64,000 nt of DNA from Terriglobia bacterium. GTDB lineage: Bacteria; Acidobacteriota; Terriglobia; Acidiferrales; UBA7541. Each line of letters starts with the position of its first letter. Position 1 is the first letter of the stretch. The notes under the pieces are model-generated. The model made no database searches, was not told where the DNA came from, and was given only the letters and a program-made list of their open reading frames with translations. This document shows positions 9,563 to 19,448 of this stretch, piece by piece. Position numbers and translations under genes: made by a program. The stretch lies in NCBI GenBank assembly GCA_963695545.1, contig OY968796.1:576001-640000 (forward strand). The letters run 5' to 3'.

Positions 9563-10683
9563 AAGGCGCAATTCGCGTGCTGGTGGTCGACGATTCCGCG
9601 CTGATGCGGAAGCTGATCCCGCAGATTCTCAGCCGCGATCTGGGCATCGAGGTGGTTGGGACGGCCATGGACGGCACCTTTGTGCTGAAGAAAATCGAAG
9701 AGCTGAAGCCGCACGTGATCACGCTCGATCTGAAAATGCCGCGCATGGACGGGATCGAAACACTGCGCGTAATTATGCGCGAGCACCCGCTGCCGGTGAT
9801 CGTGGTCAGCGCGCACTCGCAGCAAGGCGCCCGAGCCGCGCTGAAGGCTCTTTCGCTCGGCGCGTTCGAGTTCGTGGCCAAGCCGATGGACGCCGCTTCG
9901 GGCAATTTGAACGACATCGCCGCCGAGCTCGCGGACAAAATCAAGATTGCTGCGAACGTGGACCTCTCGAAAGCGCCGCGCGATATTCATCTTCCGCCGA
10001 AGCCCCACAAAACCCCTCTTAACGAAAATCTTCGACCGACGAAAGTCGTGGCCATCGGGATTTCCACCGGCGGGCCCAATGCCTTGCAGCTTCTTTTTTC
10101 GCAACTACCCCCCGATTTCCCGGGGACGATTCTAGCGGTGCAGCACATGCCCGAAGGCTTCACAGATATGTTCGCGCGCCGCCTGGACGAGTGCTCCGCG
10201 ATCCACGTCAAAGAGGCCAAGCCCGGAGATTTACTTCTGGCGGGTCGCGCACTGATTTGTCCGGGCAACCGGCACATGAAAGTGCGCCGCATGCCGCTCG
10301 GTGAAATTGTGGCGCTTGAAGATTCCGCGCCGGTGAATGGCCACCGGCCCTCGGTAGACGTGTTGTTCGATTCGGTGGCGCGCGAATTCCCCGGCGGCGC
10401 CGTCGGCGTGCTGATGACGGGCATGGGCGAAGATGGCGCCGAAGGAATGGGCGCGATCAAGGCGGCAGGAGGATTCACGCTGGCGCAGAGCGAAGAAACT
10501 TGCGTGGTCGCGGGAATGCCGAAGGCGGCGATGGATCGGGGATTCGTGGACAAAGTCGCGCCGCTCGATTCGCTGGCGCGCCTGATCTGCAGGCGCTGCG
10601 CTCCCGAGGCGCAGCACGCAAAGGACGAGCCGCGCGCCGTAGCGCAGGCCGCCGCACGAGATTCAGGATTTGGGAAGGAGTAA
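9559..10683 (+). CDS. cheB: Chemotaxis methylesterase CheB (REC plus esterase)
   Basis: VLVVDDS, GISTGGP, QHMP, RPSVDVLF, MTGMGEDG. Confidence 0.96.
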   Translation: MKGAIRVLVVDDSALMRKLIPQILSRDLGIEVVGTAMDGTFVLKKIEELKPHVITLDLKMPRMDGIETLRVIMREHPLPVIVVSAHSQQGARAALKALSLGAFEFVAKPMDAASGNLNDIAAELADKIKIAANVDLSKAPRDIHLPPKPHKTPLNENLRPTKVVAIGISTGGPNALQLLFSQLPPDFPGTILAVQHMPEGFTDMFARRLDECSAIHVKEAKPGDLLLAGRALICPGNRHMKVRRMPLGEIVALEDSAPVNGHRPSVDVLFDSVAREFPGGAVGVLMTGMGEDGAEGMGAIKAAGGFTLAQSEETCVVAGMPKAAMDRGFVDKVAPLDSLARLICRRCAPEAQHAKDEPRAVAQAAARDSGFGKE

Positions 10684-10687
10684 GACA

Positions 10688-11134
10688 ATGTCACAATTTG
10701 CAGCGCTCACTCGCAAGGACGACCAGCAGCCAGTCCGCTACCTCGTGGTGGACGATTCCGTCTTCGCGCGGAAGAACCTCGCGCGCATGATCGAGGCGTT
10801 CGGCGGCCAATTGGCCGGCGAGGCCGGCGACGGTTGCGCCGCGATCGCCGAGTACAACCGCATCAAGCCGGACTTGGTGTTGATGGACATCACCATGCCG
10901 CAGATGGAAGGGATTGAAGCCGTTGAACAGATCATGCGGCAACATCCCGAAGCGCGCATCGTGATGGTTTCTTCGGTGGGATACCAGGACAACATTCTCG
11001 CGGCGCTGCAGCGCGGAGCGCGGCATTTCGTGCAAAAGCCGGTGAAGCCGGAAGTGCTCTACGAAATTCTGCGCTACGTGCTGAACGACCAGCTCTCGGC
11101 CGTGGCCGTGGAAACGGGAGACTCCGGCCAATGA
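10688..11134 (+). CDS. cheY: CheY-like single-domain response regulator
   Basis: LVVDDS...MDITMPQMEG...VQKP, within the che operon. Confidence 0.9.
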   Translation: MSQFAALTRKDDQQPVRYLVVDDSVFARKNLARMIEAFGGQLAGEAGDGCAAIAEYNRIKPDLVLMDITMPQMEGIEAVEQIMRQHPEARIVMVSSVGYQDNILAALQRGARHFVQKPVKPEVLYEILRYVLNDQLSAVAVETGDSGQ

Positions 11135-11631
11135 AAATGGAATTGCTGCAACCGTTCATCAATTCCGCGGACGCCGTGCTGGCGCAAACACTGTGCTGCG
11201 CGACGACCGTCGGAGACGTCACCATGGAGGAAGATATCTACCGGCGCAAAGGCCTCGCGGCGATGGTCGTCATCCGCGGAGAACTCGAAGGGCGCATCAT
11301 TTTCGATATCGAACCGCGCACGGCCGCGAAGGCCGCGAGTATCTTGACGGGCAGCGACGTCGCCGAATCGGAAGAAATGGTGCGCGAGACGGTGTGCGAG
11401 CTGGCCAACATGCTGATCGGAAACGCCGTGACCTCGCTGAACGATCAAGGTTTCCATTTCAGCGTGGCCCCGCCAAAAATGCACACCGAAGAAGAAGGCT
11501 TGGGCGCGACTCCGGATACGGACGCGCTGGTGATGTCGTTCGAGACGCCATATGGCGTCGCTTACCTGAATCTCGCGATCCGCAAGAATCTGCGTCGCAG
11601 AAGCGAACGCGCTTCCCGCCTACCGATGTAA
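11131..11631 (+). CDS. cheX: CheX-family phosphatase
   Basis: PFINS...GELEGRIIF...ETVCELANMLIGNA (ExxN motif)...VAPP. Confidence 0.88.
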   Translation: MKMELLQPFINSADAVLAQTLCCATTVGDVTMEEDIYRRKGLAAMVVIRGELEGRIIFDIEPRTAAKAASILTGSDVAESEEMVRETVCELANMLIGNAVTSLNDQGFHFSVAPPKMHTEEEGLGATPDTDALVMSFETPYGVAYLNLAIRKNLRRRSERASRLPM

Positions 11632-11700
11632 CTTCGCGCACTTGAAAATTTTCGGACGAATAGCGCCCGTCGCGGGACCTGCGATCCGGCGAAACCAGGC

Positions 11701-12591
11701 CTACGCTGCGGGGTTGGTTAGAGCGGGCGCGGGCGAATAGGCGACGCCGTGGCGGGAGAGACCAATCGCCGGGATCGCCTGATGGTATACGACTTCGGCG
11801 GGAACGAAGACATTCGCGCCTTCCCGCGCGTACGGCACGGCAACGGAGAGCGAAGTGCCCGCGGGATAGCCGCGGCGGCTGCGAAAACAAAGTCCCGTGG
11901 GCGACACGTTTTCGCACACCACGATTTCGTCCGCCTCGCCCGGGCGACGAATGCAGGCCTGCAGAATGGCGCGCACACGGTTGCTCTTTCGCGGGTCCGG
12001 AGAAGATTGCGGAACCTCTCCCGCCGCGGTTTCCACCGCGAATCGCTTCGTGGAATCTTCCTGCGCCGCCGGCTGCCAAAGCGTCGACACGCCGCAGGAA
12101 CGGCACGCGCGCGCGACGATCTGATGCAGGTCGAATTCGCGCAATTCCCGCTCATCGAGATAGGCGATCTCACGGCTGCGGCAGTGTACGCATTCCATCA
12201 CCAGCCGGGCCAGGGCGCGTTGCGCAGTGTCGAGCGGCGGAATGGCCACGTCCCACAGTGCGGCGCCGGGATCCACGAGCGCGACGCCGTATGCGAATCC
12301 TTCCGGCTGCGCGCTGAGTTGCACGACGACACGCGCCTCGGCCTCGCGATTCTCCAGCGGCACGGGCGTTCCATCGCTGGCGATACTACCGAAGCTCGCC
12401 GAGCGCAATCGCAGCCGCAACGATTGCCCGATAGCGAGTTGCCGGCGGAGCACGAGTTCAGCACCGCCGCGGCTGACCAGTTGGGTGCGCGCGGGTTCGG
12501 CGAATTCCTGGCCGGATGGATCGGTTCCGAGCGCTTCGAGCGCGATCGTGAGCGTCACGCGATCGCTGCTGCGGGTATTGGTTGCCAGCAT
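11701..12591 (-). CDS. Tandem PilZ-domain protein with a central Cys4 segment
   Basis: RSSDR...LVSRGG and RKSNR...NVSPTG motifs; CVHC...CRSC between them. Confidence 0.75.
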   Translation of the reverse strand: MLATNTRSSDRVTLTIALEALGTDPSGQEFAEPARTQLVSRGGAELVLRRQLAIGQSLRLRLRSASFGSIASDGTPVPLENREAEARVVVQLSAQPEGFAYGVALVDPGAALWDVAIPPLDTAQRALARLVMECVHCRSREIAYLDERELREFDLHQIVARACRSCGVSTLWQPAAQEDSTKRFAVETAAGEVPQSSPDPRKSNRVRAILQACIRRPGEADEIVVCENVSPTGLCFRSRRGYPAGTSLSVAVPYAREGANVFVPAEVVYHQAIPAIGLSRHGVAYSPAPALTNPAA

Positions 12592-12659
12592 TGAGTCCTC
12601 TTTCCGCTAGCGTTTCTCGCCCCCGCCTTGAATGGGCGACGAGCGAAAGTCCGCGATGT

Positions 12660-13604
12660 TCAGGCGCGCTGCAACACAGGCGACGTCGCCGTGGCGCCGC
12701 GCGAGGCTGCCAGAACTTCGATCGTCGGAAAAGATGTGGATGGCGCCGGCGCGACCTGCGGACGCTGTATTCCCTGACGCAAAGCCTGATGCAGCATCTC
12801 CAGCGCTTCCTGCGCATTCGGCGGGCTGACGACTGTAGCTGTGAGCAGGCCGCTGCGAACCCACGCTTGTCCCGTGCGCGGCACGCCGTCGATGCCGAGA
12901 TAAGGGACGCTGAGCCAGCGCTTGCGATCGATTTCGGAGGTTTGCTGCTGCTCGAAAGCGCGGCGGGCGCCGAGCGCCATCACGTCGTTCTGTCCAGCGA
13001 CGAGATCGACGCGCGCTTTTTGCGATGTGGTCAGACGCAGCCAGGAAGTGACCACGCGATGCGCGCTGGCTTCGGTCCACTGGCCTTTGAGGAAAGTGAT
13101 CTGCGCGTTTTCGGGTTTGGTTTCATTCATTCCGGCGATGCGCTGCTGCGCGGCGGAACTTTCCGAAGTCCCGGTGATGTAGAGAATCGCGCCGCCTTTC
13201 GGAAGCAGCGCGGCGATCTGCCGGCCCTGGATGCGGCCGATCTCCTTGTGATCCTTGCTGATGTTGAGTATCGGCACGCGGTAGTTGAGCCGCAAATCGG
13301 AAATGTACGGCGCGGCGCGATTGATCACGGCCCACGCGATCCCGGCGGATACCGCTGCGCGCGCCACCTGCGGAAGCGCGGTGCTGCTCACGGGTTCGAG
13401 CGCGATGGCCTCTGGCCGATTCTGCGGCGCGGCCTGCACGGCCTTCAGCAATTGCTGGCTTTGCGTGATGGAATCGTTCTCGGCGAACACGATTTCCACC
13501 TCGATGCCCAGGCGCTTTGCGGTTTCGCGCGCCGCGGCGGCTTGCTCGAGCTGGTAGTCATTGTCCTCGGTCATCAACGAAACAAGAACGCGGAGCGGCT
13601 TCAT
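12660..13604 (-). CDS. Sugar-binding (RbsB/LacI-type) fold protein with neither signal peptide nor HTH
   Basis: MKPLRVLVSL...DNDYQ...DHKEIGRIQG...QRIAG...GQWTE...QNDVMALGA...GIDG...LTATV. Confidence 0.8.
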   Translation of the reverse strand: MKPLRVLVSLMTEDNDYQLEQAAAARETAKRLGIEVEIVFAENDSITQSQQLLKAVQAAPQNRPEAIALEPVSSTALPQVARAAVSAGIAWAVINRAAPYISDLRLNYRVPILNISKDHKEIGRIQGRQIAALLPKGGAILYITGTSESSAAQQRIAGMNETKPENAQITFLKGQWTEASAHRVVTSWLRLTTSQKARVDLVAGQNDVMALGARRAFEQQQTSEIDRKRWLSVPYLGIDGVPRTGQAWVRSGLLTATVVSPPNAQEALEMLHQALRQGIQRPQVAPAPSTSFPTIEVLAASRGATATSPVLQRA

Positions 13605-14103
13605 GGGGGCTCCTGGATAGAACCGGCGATGGTCCAGTATTAAGGTATACCCGCGAGAGCACGGATCACCGCTCCGATCCGCGCGCGATGCCCTGAGAGG
13701 AAATAGCCCATTGGTACGGGGTGCGGTATTTGAGAGAACGGCAGTGCGGCGTATCTCAGTGCCCCACACCCCGGGGCATTCTGAGCTTCCCAATCGATTG
13801 AACGGCCAGACCGTTCAGACTAACGCAAGGCACTTGTCCGGCAATCCGGCTCCACTGGAATTAGTCGCGTGGTCGAGTGACTAGAGAACGATATCGGCGG
13901 CGAACGCCAGCCCCCGAGAACCGGGGACATCGGGTTGGGCTTGTGCGGTATCAGACGTCGAAACATGAGAGGCTCAGGCGATGCGTAGTGCGCCAGCAAA
14001 GCCACACCCAGCGCGATCACATCGAACCCGCAAATTGACGCGAACCTGGCGAGATCTTCTCGCGGCGTTTGTAACCCCCCCGGCGCGGGTTTGATTGGAT
14101 GCG

Positions 14104-14871
14104 TCATACGCGGAGCAAGAAAAAGAGGCCGAGCGCGGTCAGCGCCACGCCGTACCAGCGTTCAAGCGTGGTGGCCCGCGTTCGAATTGCAAGCCTTGCG
14201 CCGAGGTATGAAAACGGAACGGACCCAAGCGCGAGAAATCCAGCCACAGACCAGGAGATGTGGCCCAGGTAGGCATGCACGATCGTTCCCGGCACGGCTA
14301 AAGCGGCGGAGACGGCGAGCGAGCACGCAAAGGATTTCTTGATCGGCTGGCGCAGAAATTGGACATAACTTGGCGCAAGCAGAAAGCCGCCGGAGTTTGC
14401 CAAGAGCCCCGAAGTTAATCCAACTCCGGTGGCAACGAAGATCAAGCGAAGCCGCCAATGCGAGGGGCGGCCTTCCGGAAGAGTGGCATTCGTCGCCTTA
14501 GAGAACACCTTCTGTATCGGCGGAAGCAGGAACGAGAGTCCGAATCCGAGCACGAGCAATCCCGTGGCGATCAACAGCGGACGCGCGCCCGTGAAACGAC
14601 TGAGGTACGCCCCGGCGATAGTGGCAGGCACTCCAACTCCGATGCTCCACCAAATGATCTGCCAATCCAAAAGATGCGACTGCCAATACTCCGCCGAAGC
14701 AATTAAGGTTCCGGGCACGGTCGCGGGCAACGGAGCAGCCACTGCGACAAAGCCTGGAACACCGATTAGGCTCAGAAGAGGGGTTGCAACGGCACTGCCG
14801 CCTTTTCCGAACAAACCACCAAGGAAGCCCACGATGATGCCCACGGTAAGTTCTCCGAGGTGCCGGAACAT
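14104..14871 (-). CDS. TauE/SafE-family membrane transporter
   Basis: Duplicated GxxxGLxxxGG motif (GFLGGLFGKGG; GLTSGLLANSGG); about 8 TM helices. Confidence 0.85.
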   Translation of the reverse strand: MFRHLGELTVGIIVGFLGGLFGKGGSAVATPLLSLIGVPGFVAVAAPLPATVPGTLIASAEYWQSHLLDWQIIWWSIGVGVPATIAGAYLSRFTGARPLLIATGLLVLGFGLSFLLPPIQKVFSKATNATLPEGRPSHWRLRLIFVATGVGLTSGLLANSGGFLLAPSYVQFLRQPIKKSFACSLAVSAALAVPGTIVHAYLGHISWSVAGFLALGSVPFSYLGARLAIRTRATTLERWYGVALTALGLFFLLRV

Positions 14872-14953
14872 TTATCCTCTCTCTCGATTCCAAACCCGCC
14901 GCAGTCTTATGCGCGGCGCGCTTCCGAGGTGTCGACGCGCGAAATTCGCGATA

Positions 14954-16297
14954 TTAGTGCAAGTCCCCTACCTCGAAGTTGAGCGAATCCGTCGAAATTT
15001 GGAATTGATATTTGGCCTGGGCCTGGGCGACTTCGGCTTGCGCTTGGTTCAATTGCGCTTCGCTGAGCTCGACGATTGAGCTCAGGCCGAGATTGTAGCG
15101 GGCCTGCGCAAGCTGCAGCGCCAGATCAGCTTGCTGCTTGAACTGATCGGTGAGGCTCAGATTCTGAAATGCGGTATTCGCCTGGTTATAAGCGACGCGA
15201 ACGTCGCGCGCGACTTCATCCGCGAGTTCGTTCACCTGCTGACCCGCGGCGTCGGCGGCGAATTCTGCTTCGCGATGCCGAGCGGAAAATGCGCGGCCGT
15301 CAAAGATGGGAATCGTGAGATTAAAACCCGCCGCGGCATAGTTGCTCGTCAGCGGATCCTCGCGCACGGGAGTCACACCCGCAACACCGATGGCGGCGAG
15401 AGTCGGATTCCACAGTTCCGCTTCGGCCTTTGCGTATTCTTGCGCCGATTGTTGATGCAAGCGGCTGCTGGCAAGTTCTGGCCGCTGCTGAAAAGCCTCC
15501 GCGATCAAGTCGGCGAGGCTGGCGGCGAATTTTTCAGGCATGGGTTGGTCTTCGAGCACGAAGCTTCGCTCGTCGGAGTACCCGAGTGCGAGCGAGAGAT
15601 CGGCGAAGGCGGATTGAAGGTTGTTTTCGGCTTGCGTAAGAAATAGCTGCGCCTGCGCAAGATTCACGTTTGCGAAACTCACGTCGAGCGAGGATTTCAA
15701 TTGATTCTTCTCGAGCGCGGTGACTTGATTCGCGACGAGTTGACGCGCCGCGACAACTTGTTGTGAGACGCCGAGGACCGCCTGCGCCTCGAGCGCGCGG
15801 AAATAAGCCTCGTCGACCTGAAGGAGCACGTCTTCACGCGTGGCCGCGGCGTTCTGCTGTTGCGATTTGGCTTCGAGATCGGCGGACTTCACCAGGCTGT
15901 GCGTGCGCCCAAAATCGGTGACCAGCTGATTGACTTCGACGCCGCCGGCGAAGCGATCGTACACGGACGGATTGTTCAAGCCGCCGGCGGTGATGCGACT
16001 GTCGCTTTCGGCGTCCACGCCGGTGACGTTGCCGAAAACCTGCGGGAAATATGCGGCGCGCGCTTCGGCTGTTGCTGCGCCGGCCTGTTGCGCGGTGAAT
16101 TGCGCGCCGAGCAGTTGCGGCTGATTGCGCAAGGCGATCGCCTGGGCCTCGGCGAGAGTCAGCGATTGGGGCGCCGCGGGACTTGCGGTTTGATTTGGGG
16201 CTGGCGCGTGCCCGGGAGAGACCGCTTGCGCGAAATCCGGTCGAGGCAGACACGGTAACGAACACACTACGACGACAAGAATAAGAAATCGCTTCAT
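14954..16297 (-). CDS. TolC-family outer membrane efflux protein
   Basis: Signal peptide; LTLAEAQAIALRNQP; two OEP-like repeats; RYNLGLSSIVELSEAQ. Confidence 0.92.
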   Translation of the reverse strand: MKRFLILVVVVCSLPCLPRPDFAQAVSPGHAPAPNQTASPAAPQSLTLAEAQAIALRNQPQLLGAQFTAQQAGAATAEARAAYFPQVFGNVTGVDAESDSRITAGGLNNPSVYDRFAGGVEVNQLVTDFGRTHSLVKSADLEAKSQQQNAAATREDVLLQVDEAYFRALEAQAVLGVSQQVVAARQLVANQVTALEKNQLKSSLDVSFANVNLAQAQLFLTQAENNLQSAFADLSLALGYSDERSFVLEDQPMPEKFAASLADLIAEAFQQRPELASSRLHQQSAQEYAKAEAELWNPTLAAIGVAGVTPVREDPLTSNYAAAGFNLTIPIFDGRAFSARHREAEFAADAAGQQVNELADEVARDVRVAYNQANTAFQNLSLTDQFKQQADLALQLAQARYNLGLSSIVELSEAQLNQAQAEVAQAQAKYQFQISTDSLNFEVGDLH

Positions 16298-16298
16298 T

Positions 16299-19200
16299 TC
16301 AATTCACCTCTTGAGGTTGCGCCGCTTCCTCGCGGCTGTAAACGAGCACGTAGGCAGCCGGCACGACAAAAACGGTGAGCACCACGGACGTGAGCAACCC
16401 GCCGATGATCACGCGTGCCAGCGGAGCGTAAGCTTCGCTGCCTTCTTCGAGTTTCAGCGCCATGGGCACGAGTCCGACGACGGTGGCGAGTGTGGTCATG
16501 AGAATCGGTCGCAGGCGAATTCGGCAGGCATGCGCCACCGCTTCACGCACGCTGCGTCCTTCGGAGCGCAGCGCCTTCGCGAAATCTACGATCAAAATGC
16601 TATTGGAAACCACCATGCCCTGCAGCATGACCACGCCCATCAACGATTGGATGTTTAAGGTTGTGCTGGTAAAGGCCAGTGTGAGCATCACACCGATCAG
16701 GCCGGTAGGAACCGCAAGAATAATCAGGAATGGATCGAGAAACGACGAAAATTGCGCGACGAGAATAAGGTAGACCAGAAGGATTGCCAGCAATAAACCG
16801 AATCCGAAACTGCGGAACGATCTTTGCATGGTCACGATCAACCCTCGTGTGTTGATGCGCAGGTTTGAGGGAAGCTGCGTCGCGGCGATTATTTTCTGCA
16901 CGGCGCTCGCCGGAGCCCCAAGGTCTTCACCGGTCGGCGTCACGTACACGTCGATCGTGCGCTGAAGCTGATAGTGGTCCACTTCCGTCGGCGAGAGAAT
17001 ACGCGAGATATCCGCAACCTCGCCGAGAGCCGTGGGCATTTTCAGGCCGTGCGCCTGCAGCGGCATGGCCTTCAAGTCGTCGATGGACTTCACCTGATTT
17101 TCCGGATACTGCACGGTCACGAAATAGTTGTTTCCGGTTTTCGGATCGACCCAGTAACTCGGCGCAATCATTGCGTCGGAGGTAAGCGCCGTGATCACGT
17201 TGTCCACCACTTCCTGCGGCGAGAGGCCGAGCTCGCTCGCGCGCACGCGATTCACGTCGATCTGCAGTGCGGGATAGTCCATGTCCTGCGGGATAAATAC
17301 ATCGGCCACACCCGGGATGGCGCGGAACTGGCGCGCGAGATTCTGCGCGATATCGTCGGCTTGGTTGAGATCCATACCGCTGATCTGGACGTCGATGGGA
17401 GCAGGCGCGCCCTGATTGAGAACCGCGTCCACCAACCCGCCGGATTGCAGGAACGTGCGCACCTCGGGGACCTCGACGGCAATGCGGCGGCGGACGCGGC
17501 TCATGTATTCAAAGCTGCTCACGCTGTGGCCCTCCTTCAGGCCAACTTCGATGAACGCGGTATGCATCCCGGAGTTCGGCGTGAACAGCGCCGAGAGGTC
17601 GGCCATCAGTCCGATGTTCGAGACCACTGTGTTCAGGTCGTGCGCGGGAACTTCCTCGTGCACGATGTTTTCCACTTGAGCGACGTATTTTTCGGTGTCT
17701 TCGATGCGCGTACCCGTCGGCGCTTTGAGGTTGATCACGAATTGGCCGGCATCGGTTCTCGGAAAAAACGACAACCCAACGAGCGGCGCGAGCGCGAAAC
17801 TCAGCACGAACACCACTGTGAATCCCGCCAGAACAACGCGCGGATGATCCAGCGTCTTCCCGACCCAGTGGTCGTAGTGACCGAGCATGCGCTCGAATTT
17901 CAGGTTGAACCAGCTATGGAAACGCCGCCCCCAGGACACGCTCGCCTGTACCGCGCCTTCGCCATGTTCCTTGATGGCGCGGAGAAACATCGCGCAGTAA
18001 AGCGGCACCACGGAAACCGCCACGAAGTAGGACGCGAACAGGGAAATGACCACTCCCAGCGCGAGGGCCGTAAAAAGATATTTGCTCACCCCGTTAAGAA
18101 GCGTCACCGGGAAAAAGACCACAACCGTGACCAGCGTGATTGCGAGGACCGCAAAGGCAACTTCGTTCGTTCCTTTCTCCGCGGCCACGGCCGGAGCTTC
18201 GCCGAGTTCTACGTGCCGGTAAATGTTTTCGAGCACGACCACGGAATTATCGATCAAGCGCGAAAAGGCCAGTGCCAGGCCACTCAGCACCATGCTGTTG
18301 ATCGTGCCGCCGCCGATGTGCAGCACGAAGAATGCCGCCATCAGAGAGATGGGGACCGAGAGGAAGACGGCAAGCGTGGCGCGAACGCTGCCGAGGAATA
18401 ACAAGATCATCAGCGCCGTGAGTAGAAGGCCGATGCCGCCCTCGTGCATCACGGTCGAAATGGCCTGCTTGACGAAAAGAGATTGATCGAACTCGACGTG
18501 CGTTTTGAGCTGCGAAGGGATGTCGCGGAGAGTTGGGATGGCGTCTTTTATTCCGTTCACCACGGAAATGGTGTTGGTGTCGCCACCTTGCTTGAGAATC
18601 GGAACGTAGACCGAGCGCTGACCGTTAACGCGTACGATGTTGTACTGCAGCGCGGAGCCGTCCACGGCGTGGCCTACGTCGGAAAGGAAGACCGATTGCT
18701 CACCTTCAGTCTTGATCGGCAGTTGATTCAGCGCGGCCGCATCGGGAACTTGCGCGTTGGTATAAATGTTGTAGTCCGTCGAACCGATACGCACGTCGCC
18801 GGCGGGAAGAATCAAATTCGATTGGTCGGTGGCGCGCACAACGTCCATCGGGCTGAGTTCATGGGCCTGGAGCTTTAGCGGATCGACGTAAACCATAATC
18901 TGGCGATAGCGGCCGCCATAGGGAGGCGGAACGGTCGCTCCGGGCACGTTGGCGATTTGATTGCGGATCTGATATTGCAAATAATCGTGGAGCTGCGTTT
19001 CGTCCAGCCCCGGGCCCTCGACGGTGAGCAGACAAACGGGAAGGCTCGAGGCGTCCACTTTCATCACCACCGGCGGAAGCGTGCCCTGCGGAAGCCGCCG
19101 CAGATCGGCCATCGCGAGATTCGAGATTTCGGTCACGTCCGCATTGGCGTCGGTGCCCGGCTGGAAATAAATCTTGATCAGGCTGACGCCGGTCATGGAG

Positions 19201-19442
19201 CGGGATTCCATGTGATCGATGCCGCTGCCGAGTGTGAAAAACCGCTCGAAGGTGTCGGTGATATCGGCTTCAATCTGCTGTGGCGGCATGCCGCTGTAGA
19301 ACGTCGCGACGAGCACCACGGGAATGTTGATGGGCGGGAACATGTCCACCGGCATCTGCACCAGGCTGGTGGTGCCGAGGACGAAGATCAGCAAGCAACA
19401 AACCAGGATGAAATACGGATGGCGGATCGAAAAAATTGGCAT
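16299..19442 (-). CDS. RND efflux permease (AcrB/AcrD/AcrF family)
   Basis: 1047 aa; PVDMFPPINIP, IDNSVVVLENI, RLRPILMTTLATVVGLVPMAL. Confidence 0.95.
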   Translation of the reverse strand: MPIFSIRHPYFILVCCLLIFVLGTTSLVQMPVDMFPPINIPVVLVATFYSGMPPQQIEADITDTFERFFTLGSGIDHMESRSMTGVSLIKIYFQPGTDANADVTEISNLAMADLRRLPQGTLPPVVMKVDASSLPVCLLTVEGPGLDETQLHDYLQYQIRNQIANVPGATVPPPYGGRYRQIMVYVDPLKLQAHELSPMDVVRATDQSNLILPAGDVRIGSTDYNIYTNAQVPDAAALNQLPIKTEGEQSVFLSDVGHAVDGSALQYNIVRVNGQRSVYVPILKQGGDTNTISVVNGIKDAIPTLRDIPSQLKTHVEFDQSLFVKQAISTVMHEGGIGLLLTALMILLFLGSVRATLAVFLSVPISLMAAFFVLHIGGGTINSMVLSGLALAFSRLIDNSVVVLENIYRHVELGEAPAVAAEKGTNEVAFAVLAITLVTVVVFFPVTLLNGVSKYLFTALALGVVISLFASYFVAVSVVPLYCAMFLRAIKEHGEGAVQASVSWGRRFHSWFNLKFERMLGHYDHWVGKTLDHPRVVLAGFTVVFVLSFALAPLVGLSFFPRTDAGQFVINLKAPTGTRIEDTEKYVAQVENIVHEEVPAHDLNTVVSNIGLMADLSALFTPNSGMHTAFIEVGLKEGHSVSSFEYMSRVRRRIAVEVPEVRTFLQSGGLVDAVLNQGAPAPIDVQISGMDLNQADDIAQNLARQFRAIPGVADVFIPQDMDYPALQIDVNRVRASELGLSPQEVVDNVITALTSDAMIAPSYWVDPKTGNNYFVTVQYPENQVKSIDDLKAMPLQAHGLKMPTALGEVADISRILSPTEVDHYQLQRTIDVYVTPTGEDLGAPASAVQKIIAATQLPSNLRINTRGLIVTMQRSFRSFGFGLLLAILLVYLILVAQFSSFLDPFLIILAVPTGLIGVMLTLAFTSTTLNIQSLMGVVMLQGMVVSNSILIVDFAKALRSEGRSVREAVAHACRIRLRPILMTTLATVVGLVPMALKLEEGSEAYAPLARVIIGGLLTSVVLTVFVVPAAYVLVYSREEAAQPQEVN

Positions 19443-19448
19443 GGCCGG

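Noticed and set aside
13820..14107. 95-aa ORF coupled to the tauE stop, with an internal RSPP
   Set aside because: No recognisable family, and the RSPP is far from the C-terminus; may be real but unsupported
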